A stretch of 64,000 bases of DNA, taken from positions 14,154,871 to 14,218,870 of the forward strand of contig NC_092676.1 in NCBI RefSeq assembly GCF_964355755.1, in the 5' to 3' direction. The stretch comes from Antedon mediterranea (taxonomy: Eukaryota; Animalia; Echinodermata). The notes under the pieces were generated by a model. It ran no database searches and was not told where the DNA came from. It worked only from the letters and a program-made list of their open reading frames with translations. The first letter of the stretch is position 1; each line of letters opens with the position of its first letter. The position numbers and the translations under genes were made by a program. This document shows, one piece after another, positions 13,181-26,884 of this stretch.

Positions 13181-14691
13181 AAACTTGAATCGAAAAAAAA
13201 AATTATTTACCTAAAAAAACTGTAATTTAAAGCAAAAAATAGTCAAATTGGCTGCCAGCCAATGGCTTTTGGTTGAATTTATTTTGTCATTTTAATGAAA
13301 ACATAATTTTTTCTTCGTTTTTTTTTCTACGCAATTGATTAACTTGATTAAACCTACAAAATAACCTATTCCAAGTCTGATGTAATTAATCTTCCTTTTC
13401 CATGTTTTTGGGGACAATACATCTTAAAAAAACAACCTTATGTCATTATGTGACGTCATCAATTATCTAATTACAATCAACTTACATCAAAATAAAGAGT
13501 CATTTCTTTATACATTGATACCAAAAATTATGAGCAAGGAAACTGCACTTACAGATATTTGTGTTCCCTACCCCAAAATTGTCCAAAACTGTGGAACTCA
13601 TTGGTATAATTAGAAATGCGTTAAAATCCCACCTTAGGCATGAGAATATTTAATATTAACATCGATTTTTGTGTTCACTGGATATAGGTAGACATGCATA
13701 CCCAATGTACGTAGTGTAGACCTCTCATATCCCATGTACTGTATTTTGTTGCTTTTAACCCGTTTTTCCCTTCACTACTTCAATGTTCAAACTTGTGGCC
13801 ATGTCAAGAACTTAATCACAAGATGTTGAGGTGTCTCCTGATTTTGTTAATCTTTCCTCTAGCCAACAGAATAGACCACTATCATTAGTCTAGTGTGCAA
13901 GGCTATCAAACAACTTGATAGTCTTGGTCTGTGTCCCTTCTAGGTGATATTTTCTTTTCTATAAATATATTGGGTTGGATGGAACAACTCAGTCACCATG
14001 TACTTCATCGGAGTGAAAATCTAAATTCTTGAACTATGATCTAATCGGATACTATAAAGGATATTACGTTTATATTTTACAGTCCCTTTCTTTTTCATGC
14101 AAAAAAAATATAGAATACTAAAATTAAACATTGACAAGTCATTTTATGTTTTAATCAGGTTATTTAAAAAATAATAAAACAGTAAATCAAATAAAAACAC
14201 ATTGAATTTCAGACAATGTGCTTCCAGTTTACTACTTTTTTTAAAATTATGATTATATTAGGTTAAATAATTGTTCGTTTTATCAATTTCCATCGTGACA
14301 TTTAAATGGCTTATTAGTCCGGTGGCAGGAGGACGTTTTCTGTCGGTTACCATTATTAAAATGCTTGATATTCGTAAAACTAAACATACTCTGTTTCACA
14401 GTGTCTTAGATCATCAATAACATTTTAAAGTATAGTTTTTATTGTTTAGTAGTGTAAAACTAAACCTAGGGGCCTTCTCTGTTTCAGTGTCTTGGTAGTG
14501 TAAAACTAAACCTAGGGGCCTTCTCTGCTTCACAGTGTCTTAGATGATTAATAACATTTTAAAGTATAGCGTTTATTGTTTGGTAGAGCCCTTGTAGGGC
14601 GGAGGTGGAAAGGCGGAGTTTATTTGACGGAGGTGCTTATTCGAGGGATACGTCTAATTTTTTTGTTTTAATAATATGGTAACATTTATAA

Positions 14692-15688
14692 TCTATATAT
14701 AAATTTACGTAAGGGCAAAATTCGGTAAATCGCGCGTTATTTCTAGAATGTTTACTCGATGGTATATAAAGTTGGTTTGTACTTTCGATACTGATTTTAA
14801 CCACCTGATGTAACCCTGTTTACTAATTAAATTGAGTTCGATAATTAGTTATTGACAATTAAAACTAATTTAGGTTCAACGATTTGCCCCAAATAGGGGT
14901 GTTTTCCGATCTTGGTATACATTGTCTAATGCATGTCCATCTTGAAAAATACCCGCATACAATAATACGAAGATGATTCGCATTTTCCTATCTCCTCCTA
15001 CGATAATTGTTTTTAATGGCTGAAACTGGTTGAACAGCTCGAGTACAGTATCATAATGTTGAAGACAGGCCGATTTTCTTTAAAAAATACTATTTTGATA
15101 GATTTAATATACGTTTATACAAATATATTGATTTGCAATGAATGTAACATTCCAAATTATTTGGTTTAACCATGCTTGCATGGTTTAATTAATAATTACT
15201 ACAAATATAAACGTAGTAGTGGTGTATCGTTACATGTACTTTACTATTTCAATCTACTATAACAGTGACAATTTTAACAGTTATTAAATCGGAAATGTTT
15301 TACTCTATTTAGTGGTATATTATTTATAGGCCTATAAAAAATTATTTTGTTACTTAGTGGATAATAAAGAATAATTTAATATAAAGAATATATTAAAAAA
15401 TTGTTCCTCTTTGTATCTATCCTCATCCCCAACCCTCAACCCTAATGTTAGATACAAAACATAAATTGAGTTTGTTTAAATGAGTCCAAATCAAACATTT
15501 CGTTTCATTTCGTGACAAGTTTCCCTTTTAGAAATAATTCGCAGGGTACTAATTTTGGTTGACAACATAAATCATTGTGTCTATTTATTTGTTTTTGTAA
15601 ACGACAATGTATTATAGTCATGCGGTACGTAGATTTGAAATCGCCAGGTTTTTACGCTGAAATTACTATGTATTCGAGAACCATCTAG
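14692..15688 (+). mobile_element. Non-autonomous Helitron-like element, family A copy 2
   Basis: A|TCTATATATAAATTTACGTAAGG start, CCATCTAG|T end; homologous to 7734-8908. Confidence 0.7.
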
Positions 15689-16747
15689 TCAAATAAAATC
15701 CTCTTAATATATGAAAAGTGGTAAAAAAGAATAACAAATGCTTGGTAAATTGTAGATAAAGTCCGATGAATTCTACCATAAATAGTATAATTGTGTTATA
15801 AACAAAATGCTATTATTATTCTAAGTGATGTTTTATTGGGAAGGTGTTCGGCGTTTATTCAAATAAATACCATCCTAATTGGTATAATTAATACATTATT
15901 TAGTTTGAACATCTTTTGAAACTAACTTCTGTGACAGAGTGGGTCGTTTCGGCCAAAAAAGGAAGACGTTGCAACATGGGCAGAAGTATCTCAGGGTACA
16001 CAGATAGCCCACAGTTATTCCTGCCAGCTTACTCAATAACTCGGCTATCGGGGTTTCACTCGATTTCAAAAGGTCTTATCATCTGTTCTCCCTATGTAAT
16101 TTTATATACTATTCCCCACAATATACTCGGATGCTTAATGGCGTGTATTTAATTTAATCTTTAATTTGCAGTATAATTTTTATTTTGCTACTGCACCTTC
16201 ACACGGGCGGTCCAAAAAGTAACACAACTAAAATGGCTATCGCCACCAACGGCCAACTTAGTTCAAACCTGTGTCCATATGATAGGAGAACACGTCGATA
16301 TCTCTAATATCCATCAAACGTCATATTTCTGCTTTATATAAATACGACGGTTTTGCCGTAGAAAAGAAACTGAAATCAACAACTATACACTTAATATTGT
16401 AAATGTAATCAATAATAATTCCCATTAACCAAAATTACAGAGAAAATTATTATAAGAATCATTGTCAGAGTACAATAAAACTATCCAATTGTTACTAATA
16501 AATATGGCCTAGACATTTTATGCATTCGATAGATACATGGTCAACAAACAATGAATTATATGACAATTAGAGCTAAATCAGTATATATATGCTATTGTGT
16601 ATTATCACTGGAACATGTTGGATCTCATAATCATATTACAAATGATGTTTATAATTGTAATTAAATAGACGTTAGAGACTCATCTTTCCTATGCTGTGAA
16701 GCTTTATAATGTATTTCAAGAAAATTTGTTATGTTGTTATGTTTATT

Positions 16748-16860
16748 CTGAGATTTGGAAGCATGATGGTCAAACTGTACACTCTAAAGTCCACAAGTTC
16801 CTGGTCTACTGTTGGGAGAAGGGCACATTTACTCGGGACCTTCGAGATGTAGTCGTAACT
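16748..16860 (+). mobile_element. Short RTE-type LINE fragment
   Basis: EIWKHDGQTVHSKVHKFLVYCWEKGTFTRDLRD resembles the pre-RT region of RTE ORFs; further scraps (VDLTK, GVKQGC) at ~19630-19755. Confidence 0.55.
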
Positions 16861-17087
16861 ATGCACGCTCCGGTACTACATCCAATCGGTGTGAATTTTT
16901 CAGTCAGCATCAATCTTGCAACGAATATAGTTATGGGCTATATAAAAAGTTCATAACCCAAATATTTACTGAAATATGACTTATTCAATATTTTTTAAAA
17001 CGTCTGGATCAAATGTGGAAGAATCGCTAGAGCGTCATTCATGACTATATAAGCAGAACATCGCAAACGGCAGCATTATTGGATTTC

Positions 17088-17588
17088 GATCCAAGTCGGC
17101 CTTAAACCGTCTCGGCCAAAGTTTTTATAAACATTAGTTTTTACTGTACTAATAATATCTATCTAATATAGGTATATCTAAGAATATTCTGGGGACATCC
17201 TTGTTTGTATCAAAATAGGCCTAGGCTAGCCTACTAACAAACACATAACATAACAACTAATAATATTAATATAAAATAAATAAATACTAGGCCTAACTAT
17301 CAATTAAAAGAAAACTAAATTTATATTGAATTTTCCGTTTTATTTTGTCTAGGCCTAGGCCTATGTCTAGACCTAACCTTACTACACCTGCATTCCATAC
17401 TTTAATAGGGCCAAGTTGACCGATTAGTATTTGGCCGAGTTGACGTGAGGCCGAGTTGGCTTGAGGCCGAGATGACGTAAGGCCGAGTTGACTTGAGGCC
17501 GACTTGACATGGGGCAAAGTTGACTGTGGGCAAACTTGACGTGGGGCGACTTGACTTTGCCGAGACGGTTTAGAAGAGGTGAGTCGAT
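17088..17588. mobile_element. MITE with 15-bp subterminal tandem repeats
   Basis: TAAACCGTCTCGGC (~17103) vs GCCGAGACGGTTTA (~17559); about ten GGCCGAGTTGACNTGA-like units at 17409-17555. Confidence 0.65.
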
Positions 17589-18066
17589 AGGTTAGGCAAA
17601 ACTTTAGTTCACTTCCATTTGTAATAATAAACATTTATAGGATTATTATCATGTAGGCTACTCGAATATATGCACTTGTGTGTTTTGTACAGAGACATAA
17701 ACCTATTGTTTTCTTTTTGTTCGGTTTTTTTTTCTTCTTTTTTCTCTCTTTTGTGGCGCAAACACCACTTTTATTCACATTCATATTATCTCATATTACA
17801 TAAAATCGTATTATTTAACTTGTAAATGTAGTTACAGTTCATAAGTAACATTTTTACATATATGAATTCTGTATTACTCCTTTTTTCATTAATTTTCTTA
17901 TATTTTGCTATACACTTGACAGGATCATCATTATCATCTATCCCGTTTTAAAATAGTTCACACATTTTCATTTGTTTGTTTTTTGGGTTTTTTTTAATGT
18001 AGCCTAGAGAGGAATAGTTAAAATAGAAGAAAATTATGAAAAAAGTGGATAATACATATAAAAGTA

Positions 18067-18778
18067 TATGATACCGGACCGACAGACAGACCGACAGACA
18101 GACCGACCAACATAGTGAACTATAGAGTCGCGTCCACGCGACTAAAAAGGCATAATTTTGACGAATTTTTTAACTTTTTCATCAAAAACGTGCGCAAATT
18201 ATCCAATTCGACGTGCTCGTATGACGTAATTTTAAGTCGAAATTGTTTAAAAGTTGGTAAAAGTATTAGAAAAGGCTGCAAAAACATAAATCACGCGAAA
18301 AAAGTATGTATTTAACGCTACGTGCGCACCGCGCGCGTAAAAATTTGCGCGCGTATGGGAATTTTGACATGCTCAAAATGACAAGAAACGCGTAGAAAGT
18401 TGATTAAAAATTAATTTTGCGCATTGTAAAATCTTAAATGCGCGTGCGCGCGTAACTTTGTGTAAAACACACATTTTTTTTCAACAGAAAGTTAGCGCCT
18501 GATATAAATTAAACTTTTGCAAAGTTTCAATTTAAAATGTTATTTGGTTTTTGACCTATGTTAAATACGAGAAAATCGTTAAATCACGCGTAAATCACGT
18601 TGCGCAACTCTAGCGTCATTCACAATAGGAGGTGCACAATTTCACGTAAATGCCCACATGTTGACATCAAAACAGTTCAAAAAGTACAGAAAAGCGATAA
18701 AACGCATAGTGATACCGGACCGACAGACAGACCGACCGACATAGTGAACTATAGAGTCGCGTCCACGCGACTAAAAAA
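18067..18778 (-). mobile_element. HINE-family copy with duplicated terminal/microsatellite block
   Basis: TGATACCGGACCGACAGACAGA...CATAGTGAACTATAGAGTCGCGTCCACGCGACTAAAA at ~18070-18148 and ~18710-18778. Confidence 0.75.
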
Positions 18779-18789
18779 GATATAGAACT

Positions 18790-19545
18790 AAAATGTCAAA
18801 TAAAGTGGCAGTTGTACTTTAATACTACAATTTATTGGAAATTAACCTGGGAGCGTAAAATAAAATTAATTAAGGAAAACAAGCTCAAACAAATTAACTT
18901 TAAGTTACTACATAGGATTATTCCAACTAGAAAGAGGTTATGTATATGGAAAATTGTAAACATAAAACAAATGTCCACAATGCGACTGTGTTGAAGATGA
19001 TGCACATTTATTTTTTGAATGTGCGGAAGCAAATAATTTGTGGCTTTACATAAATGAGCATACAATAACTAAATTCAATATCGAGGCAAATTTAAAAAAT
19101 ATAATACTTGGCACTGGAAATACATATGTAGATCATGTGTTTTCAATTGGTTTGCTAAGTATATACAAAGCTAATGTATTAAAACAACTAAATAAATGGA
19201 AATATGCCTCACTTCATCATCTCTTTATAAATGAAAAAAATATAAGAAAATACATATTATCAATGCTATAAACAACAATTATGTATAAAAATAATGAAAC
19301 GTATTACTTACTTGAAAAATTCTATAAATAAAAAAATGAATGTTTTTTTTATTCATAAGGTATAATATTATAAAGTTTAGGCCTATTTTAATGTATGTGC
19401 AATATTTGTATACAGTACTATAAAAAGATTGTTTGTGTGCTGTCTTATATTAACAACTTCTTCTATAATATTATTTTATTATAATTATATAATAATGAAT
19501 TTTGTATATACATTATTGAATGAATAAAGATTGAATGAATAAAGA
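18790..19545 (+). mobile_element. Decayed L1/Tx1-type LINE 3' fragment
   Basis: KLKQINFKLLHRIIPTRKRL..WKI..CPQCDCVEDDAHLFFEC zf-RVT-like motif with frameshifts; AATAAA-containing tail. Confidence 0.7.
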
Positions 19546-20228
19546 TGGGAGAGACCCGTAAAAATAAAAATAAATAATTAGAACATTAGAAGGAGAAAAC
19601 TATGACTGCACACACGACCGAACGGTTGCACGTGACATTGGTCGATCTTACAAAAGAGTTCTGAAATAGGTTGTCCACCGAAATTTATCAATACAGAAAT
19701 TCCCTCTCAGAATTGAACCTTTTTAAAATGGAAAAGGGTGTAAAGCAGGGTTGTCATCAGCATGGTGCTTCAAATGAAGATATTTATGCATACGCTATCG
19801 CACTGCTCAACCTGAGACGATTGCAGGTATGTGTAACTCCAAATTAAATGCAATTTCCAAATTAGGTTCGCGTGGTCTGTAATACGCAAGGCTAATTTGC
19901 AGGACGTTCTGAAGATAATCGTGTTATTAAATATTGATATTTATTATTCAATTCCAAATAAACACAAACTGAAATTATTAAAAGCTAAGTATATCGAACA
20001 CAATAATCTAAGTAACAATCTATTTACGTAAATAATATTTACTTTTATTGGTGTTTGCAGTTTAGTCAAATTATTTATATATAACTATGTTTTGTTGAAT
20101 TAATTATACCTTGGTACTGTAAAAAGTTACATTGAATATTATAATGTTTTTTAAGTGTTCCCTTGACATAAAATAATTTTTTCTGAACGTAATACATCGT
20201 TAGTATAAACTATTCCCTTTTCATACCA

Positions 20229-20836
20229 TTTTTAGTCGCGTGCAACGCGACTCTACAGCTCAGTATGTCGGTCGGTTGGTCGGTCGGTAAACACTAACTT
20301 GTATATGACCTTATCTTGATATCAGTTTGATCTAGCTAAGTCAATTTTTCACAGTATATTCCTTGGCCAGGAATCGATGTGGTTATGTTTTCACGGTGCG
20401 CAATAACAAATTACGTGGTCTACGCACGATTTAACGAAATCACGTTTGTAATCATATCTTCACAACCATGAATCACAATTAAATCCAATTGGTACTCTTA
20501 AATTTCAGGGCATAAATCATCATATGGCAATACAATTACGTCTTAAAATTTTCAAAGTTTATTTTCGATGAAATAAGAGTACGTTTCAGGCAATTTTAAG
20601 CGTTTACAAAATTGCCATGAGTGCGCAGACTTTTGCGCGCGCACTGCGCGTTAAATGTTATTACGTACTCTTTTTGCCCGATTTCTGTTTTCTTGACTTA
20701 CTTTTCAACTCGAAATTACGTTATACGAGCACGTCAAAAGTGACAGGCTACGCAATTTCGGTCAGTTTGTAGGTTGGTCGGTCGGTCGGTAAACACTAAT
20801 GAGCACGCGACTGCAGCCATCTATATGGCCTTGTTT
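20229..20836 (+). mobile_element. Complete HINE/DINE-1-like element
   Basis: TTTTTAGTCGCGTG start, GTCG microsatellite, 3' subTIR CACGCGACT, GCCATctatATGGC hairpin and TTGTTT end. Confidence 0.8.
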
Positions 20837-21249
20837 AAAAAACACTGGCCTTTTATTTCGTTATTTCCCCACAAAAATATTCTTGGGATATCTATATTTG
20901 TTTCTGGGTAATTACTTTGATTCAGATTATTCCAGGCAGTTACAACATCATTCCAAAAACACTTTTTCCCGATATTATACCACTCATAAGAGGAACAACA
21001 AAATTAGAAAGAGATTTCCATTTACCTGACGAAAACATGTATCTCCGGATCCATGTTAACTTTAAGGACTGAAAATCTTCTATATGAACCATATTAAAAC
21101 CGCCTTGACTGTGATCTTTACAAATTTGTTATCTACTTATTTTCTCACTAATTTCCAAATAAATTAAAAAAGTAATGTATTGAGCTTTGCATTAAATCTT
21201 TTATTGGGGTTTGGCATAGTTAGAATTATGTGATTTAGTTTTGGAATAA

Positions 21250-22260
21250 TTAGAGATTAATAAATATTATTTATATGTCCTTACTTTTAAAAAACTAGGC
21301 CTAAGTGTTGAAAATTAAGAAATAAATAACAATTTTGGAACCATTATTTCAATAAACACAACTGAGGAAAAACCCCAAACAAAATGTCTCAGAAGTAACA
21401 ATTTTATATTTTGAAATGGAAGTATGAAAATAACAAACAATTTTAATAAAATATTTTATTATGAAAAATTGGAGATTACTGTAAAATAAAAAAGTTAACT
21501 ACATTATATTGATGCGGGGAAATGTAAACAAGATGCATGGTTTTTTTTAAATAAAAATGATTTAAATGATATGTCCCGTCCTTAACAAAAATGTATGTCC
21601 CGTTACTCAATATAATTTTGAAATATGATATTTTCACCAAGAGTTAAAAAATATTTGTTTATAATTTATGGCATATAGTTTTTAAAGGGGGAAAACAAAT
21701 TATTAAATTGTGGTATCAATACTTTTAACTGAAATGTAAAAAACACAATAAAACTACTATTATATGTCGCGGATGGGACAATTATGAATTTTGAAATGTA
21801 TATATGAAATTTAATAAACAAAATATGTGTTATAAAATGCTTGACTATGTACAATAGGGTCATATAGTAATGTTTAAAAGATTCATGGTTTGTGAAATAA
21901 TTAGGATTTATATAATATGTACCGTCCGTAACAAAATGTCCCGTCCGTAACAATATACTTGTGAAATATGATATTTTCATCAAAATATAAAATTGTCAAA
22001 AAATGTGTTCATAATATAATGATATATAGTCCTCAGGAGGAGAAAATAAATGTAAAAAACACCTTAAACGGACGCGTACGCAACATTTATGAATTTGAAA
22101 TGCATATGAAATAAATTTTTTTTTTAAATAAATACTTGATTATGTATTATTTAGACATATCTGTTGATAAAACAGTAATAAGATACATAGTTTATGAAAT
22201 AAATTGGATTAAAAATGTCCCGTCCATAACGTCAAATGTGGTTTTTTCATATTTAATACC
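21250..22260. repeat. Interspersed repeat with internal subrepeats marked by ATGTCCCGTCCGTAAC, copy 1
   Basis: Collinear with ~30600-31670; marker motif recurs every ~300-350 bp. Confidence 0.75.
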
Positions 22261-22729
22261 ATACAATATCCCATAACCGGTCGAATCATAGACAGTAAAC
22301 TATACCGCGCTATCAAGGTATTTAATTGATCTTTTGATCAGACTCAATCTTCTATTAGCTGCTATTCGCAACTTTAACAGAATGAGCTGAGAAATCTAGT
22401 TTCCGATCAAACAAAATACCAAGGTCCGATTCCACATTAACCTCTGCAATTTCAACTCGAGACGAACTTCCTCCTATATAATATTTAAACATATTATTCC
22501 CTCGACCACAGATATCAAATATCTACATTATGCTGAAGAGTATCTCTATCCAACCCACTCTTACTCTTACTACTCTATACATCTGAAGCACCTTATTTCC
22601 CAAGAGGATCTCTTATATCAGTTTTTGAGGACTCCTTTAATAGAAGACACCTTAATATCAGTTCTAAAAAGGACTCCTAATCATTCTTGCGAGTACCCCT
22701 ATCAGTTATAGAATGAACCTATTAAAATC

Positions 22730-23390
22730 ATTTTTAGTCGCGTGGAATAGTCAGTCACTCACTATGTCGGTCGGTCAGTCGGTCTGTCTGTCGGTCCGGT
22801 ATCACTATGCGTTTTATCGCTTTCTGACCTTATCTTGATATCAGTTTAATCTAGCTAAGTCAATTTTTCACAGTATATTCCTTATGGCCAGGAATCGATG
22901 TGGTTATGTTTTCACGGTGCGCAATAAAAAATAAAAAATTACGCGGTCTACGCACGATTTAACGAAATCACGTTTGTAATCATATCTTCACAACCATGAA
23001 TCACAATTAAATAAAATTTGGTGCTCATAAATTTCAGGGCATAAATCATCATATGGCAATACAATTGCGTGCGTAGCGCATGTAACGCATGCGTACGCGC
23101 GCTTAACATTTTCAAAATTTATTTTCGATGAAATAAGAGTACGTTTCAGGCAATTTTAAGCGTTTACAAAACTGCCATGAGTGCGCAGATTTTTGCGCGC
23201 CCACTGCGCGTTAAATGTTATTGCGCACTCTTTTTGGCCGATTTCTGTTTTCTTGACTTACTTTTCAACTCGAAATTACGTTATACGAGCACGTCAAAAG
23301 TGACAGGCTACGCACGTGTAAATTAAAAAAATATAAATGTTTTTTTAAAAACATTTCAACATTTTTAAACATATTCAGTAATTTCGGTCA
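22730..23390 (+). mobile_element. HINE-family copy, 3' end not intact
   Basis: TTTTTAGTCGCGTGG start, GTCG/GTCT microsatellite, body nearly identical to ~20305-20755. Confidence 0.75.
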
Positions 23391-23831
23391 GAGACAAACA
23401 TCCTATATTTATATTCGAGTGGCCATACGATGACGTCACAATGTCCGGTTAGCCATATTAATCATTGTATGATCCGATATCTACAACTCTATTTCCAGAA
23501 TATGTAATAAAAATAAACTTCACCATGTAGTTTAGAAACTATGACTGTTTAAAAAAATGCATAATTTTGACGAATTTTTGAACTTTTTCATCAAAAACGA
23601 CAAAGTTATACAATCCTATAATTCCAAACATTAGAGATACGCTGCGAACAAAATTCGTGGAAAGAAAGAAGAATATAGAAAAAAAAGATCGTGAAGTGCG
23701 GATAACCAATTATACCGGCCCCATACCCATATTTATAACTTAATTAGGCTTAGGTCAGAAGAAAACACAGCCATCTATTAGAATTAGGTAGAACAATTCA
23801 TGATTGTAACTGTATGATATTATTAACGTAC

Positions 23832-23972
23832 CTGTAAAATTATATGTAAGGTATAGTGTTACATTTAACTGAGCCCAGTTAATGCAGGGCCAACAGTCTA
23901 ATGATCTTGTGCAAGCAGAATTGTTGTATCCGCTGTATCGTTTTGCAACAGTATCAACACAATCCCATTCAC
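23832..23972 (-). CDS. Kringle-domain protein, exon 2 (N-terminal half of kringle 1)
   Basis: tttacag| acceptor, |gtacgt donor, phase 1-1, open for 46 codons EWDCVDTVAKRYSGYNNSACTRSLDCWPCINWAQLNVTLYLTYNFT; joins in frame to 6005-6124. Absent from the ORF track. Confidence 0.8.
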
Positions 23973-25598
23973 CTGTAAATAATTATAATAACATGTTTAA
24001 TTTAAGAGTCTGGATCAAAAATCAGTGAATGGTGGTTGGAGGTATCAACATTGATTTGCCCTGTATTTTCTTATTTTGGAATACATAGTTTCGTTCACCA
24101 CAATATTTTCTCCCCCATGGACTCTTACCGTGCCTTGAGTGGTTACCTTTTATTGGGCTGCCAACAGGACGCTGACTTGTTTGATAGACGAGTGTAGTTA
24201 GGTTATGCCACTCTTGTTCGAATTATTTCGAGTTAATATATATATATAACACTTGAACAATATTTAGGTTTTGTAGATCCGGAAACTGCAGGTCACAGGG
24301 GCACTTTAGGCCTACCTACTAAAATCTTTAACTCGCCCTTTTTCAGTGTCATGTTAATTAAATTTCTATCATTCTGCAATTTTCAAAAGAACTATAATTG
24401 TTTCTATATCAGTTTATTCTAATGTTCAATAAAAACAGTTAATTTCATTTTTGTGTTTTGAAATAAATTGTAAGTCTAAAATCTAAATCTTGAATTGGTA
24501 ATTCCCAAAATCACATCTTTGTCACACACCTCGAAAGTATCCAAATTAGTAGTACAAATTACATGAAATATGTAAATAAGCGGGTGAAATTACCGTCTTC
24601 CCATATCTCGAAAACCATTAATGCTAGAGAGCCTTATTCAGAATGTACATATTTATATTCGCTCTAATGAAACATTTTACGCAAAAATTATCGGAAATAT
24701 GACATTTGACCCTCGACCCTATTTCTCAATAGTGCCCTAAAAAAATTTGTCCTATGCTAGCTATTAGGAACCTATAGCCGGTTCATTTGAAGGCCAAACA
24801 AAGTCTCTACAGATATTTTAGTCACATTATCTCGAAACGATGCCTCTACAGACTTTGTCACTTTGTCGCTTTTTTGGAAATTCCTCGCATACATTTTTTC
24901 CAGTAGGCTACTCGATTGCCTGGTTCTTTGTCAACACTTACGAAACTGTCTATGCCTCTATCTACCACCTCCCCCTCCCCCCTCTCCCTCGAATGCATAG
25001 CCGCAGCTCTCGTTAAATTTGAAATGATAATGATAATAATTAAGCTCTTATTCCATTGTTATACCGCACAACAAAAAAGAGTATCTCAACAATGTATTTT
25101 ATACCCGTAAATTATAAATAAATATACAAGAAGTAGAAAGATAGTATAAAAAAACACATTTGAATACTTTTCCCCTAAAACCTAAAGATAAAACCTGAAA
25201 TATATACAGGTACACAATAATTGTGCGTGGAACTAAACTTAACCAGTAAAATTAAAATATTATTTGGATAATTATTTATTATAATATGAAATTATTTATT
25301 AAAAGGACAAGCATATAACGGTAATTTAGAGCATTCTTTCAAAAATACTACCACCGTACTTTATTACAAAATACTACATCTCATTTTATTAGAAAATATG
25401 AAAAGTTTGTAAATACAACAGGTATTAGAGAAGCTTTTAACATTATATTGATCTTAATACGGTAGGCCAGAAGTTTTTAAAAAGTCATTTACTTTGTATT
25501 TATACTTGACGGTAGATATTATCTACTGTATAGCGAATGATATTCTCTTAATTAACGGATATATTATTAATTATAATGGTGTGATTATTTAAGCTTAC

Positions 25599-25659
25599 CT
25601 CGAATTCCGTCAATAAAAATTACAACTACCAAAAGAGATATCGTCTTTGAGAGAAACAT
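25599..25659 (-). CDS. Kringle-domain protein, first coding exon (signal peptide)
   Basis: ATG at 25659, MFLSKTISLLVVVIFIDGIR-G, |gtaagc donor in phase 1 compatible with exon 2. Confidence 0.75.
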
Positions 25660-26707
25660 AATCAGCCGGCTATCTGAATTGGTCTGTTATGGATATGTTA
25701 ATGGCAACATCACTTAAAGGGTGAGAGATTGCTTCGCAACGTCATCAATAATACCGACCAATAGAAGACTCTAGTCTATAACAATAGAAGACATACTGTA
25801 TCATGATTGTGCGAAACCGACAATATCGATTGATATGGAGTGATCGAATTATATTTCACTTTAGACTACTTCCTGCAAAATGTGCGGGTATACTTTACTT
25901 TACATAGACGTGGTTATTAGAGAGTTATACACATCTCTTTTCTACTCAGACACTGTTTTTTTATTAGAAGACATTTTCTAATCCAACAAGATATTACTTT
26001 AAATTTACGTTAAATGTAAAGATGTTAATACTAATTACATTTAGGTAAAAGCAGTACAGTATACTTTTAGTTTGTTGAGTGGGTTGGGCCAATAAACAAA
26101 CATTTTGTTACATGCAAGGCACAAACAGAAGGTAGCAAAAACAAAGGATAAATTATATAACTTATATAATCTAACCCACGTTTATTTTCCAAAAAAAACA
26201 GTAAAAGATAACAAAATCAATTAAATGATTATACAGATAGTCGTGGTAACAAACAATCAAAATACAAACAGCAATCTAAGACTTACACTATATAGCTGAA
26301 CCCAAAGCTTTAATTGCTCAAAACAGTCAAACAGACTTGTAGATACTTCAAAGACAGCAATAGTTTAGCTATCTCAGCAGTCGTATCAGAATTAGAACAC
26401 CTCCCATATATCCTTCATAATAATATGTATGTACCACTGTATATACCACCATATATTCTTTTGCAGGATATAAGGCGGGGGGGGGATGATTATTATGATC
26501 TCATCAAATAATAAATGATTATCATTTTATCCTAACAATTTGCTTTTTTCAAGATCTAGTGAAATTTGTATTTCTCAATGCAATATAATACAATGATAAT
26601 ACATTTTCTTTTAAATTTTGATTTTTTTCTTTTTTATTTAGAAACTAAGAAAAGTTTGTAAATGTTTATATTCTGTACAACCATATCTATATATAAATTA
26701 TGGTTAA

Positions 26708-26880
26708 CTAGATGGTACGCTCGCTTCTCTCGCAGATGGTTATCGAATACACAGTAATTTCAGCGTTAAAAAAAATGTTTTTTTTTAAATGTACGTACTG
26801 CAGGACTATAATAGTTATTGTCGTACAGAAATGACTAATAGACACGATGATTTATGTATTAAACTAAAATTAGTATATAT
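26708..26880 (-). mobile_element. 3' end of Helitron-like family A element, with subterminal GC-rich segment
   Basis: Reverse strand reads ...TATTCGATAACCATCTGCGAGAGAAGCGAGCGTACCATCTAG|T, homologous to the ends of the 7734 and 14692 copies. Confidence 0.65.
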
Positions 26881-26884
26881 GGTA

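Noticed and set aside
25690-25800. Kringle gene promoter (CCAAT and ACGTCA words)
   Set aside because: Short motifs expected by chance and the transcription start is unknown.
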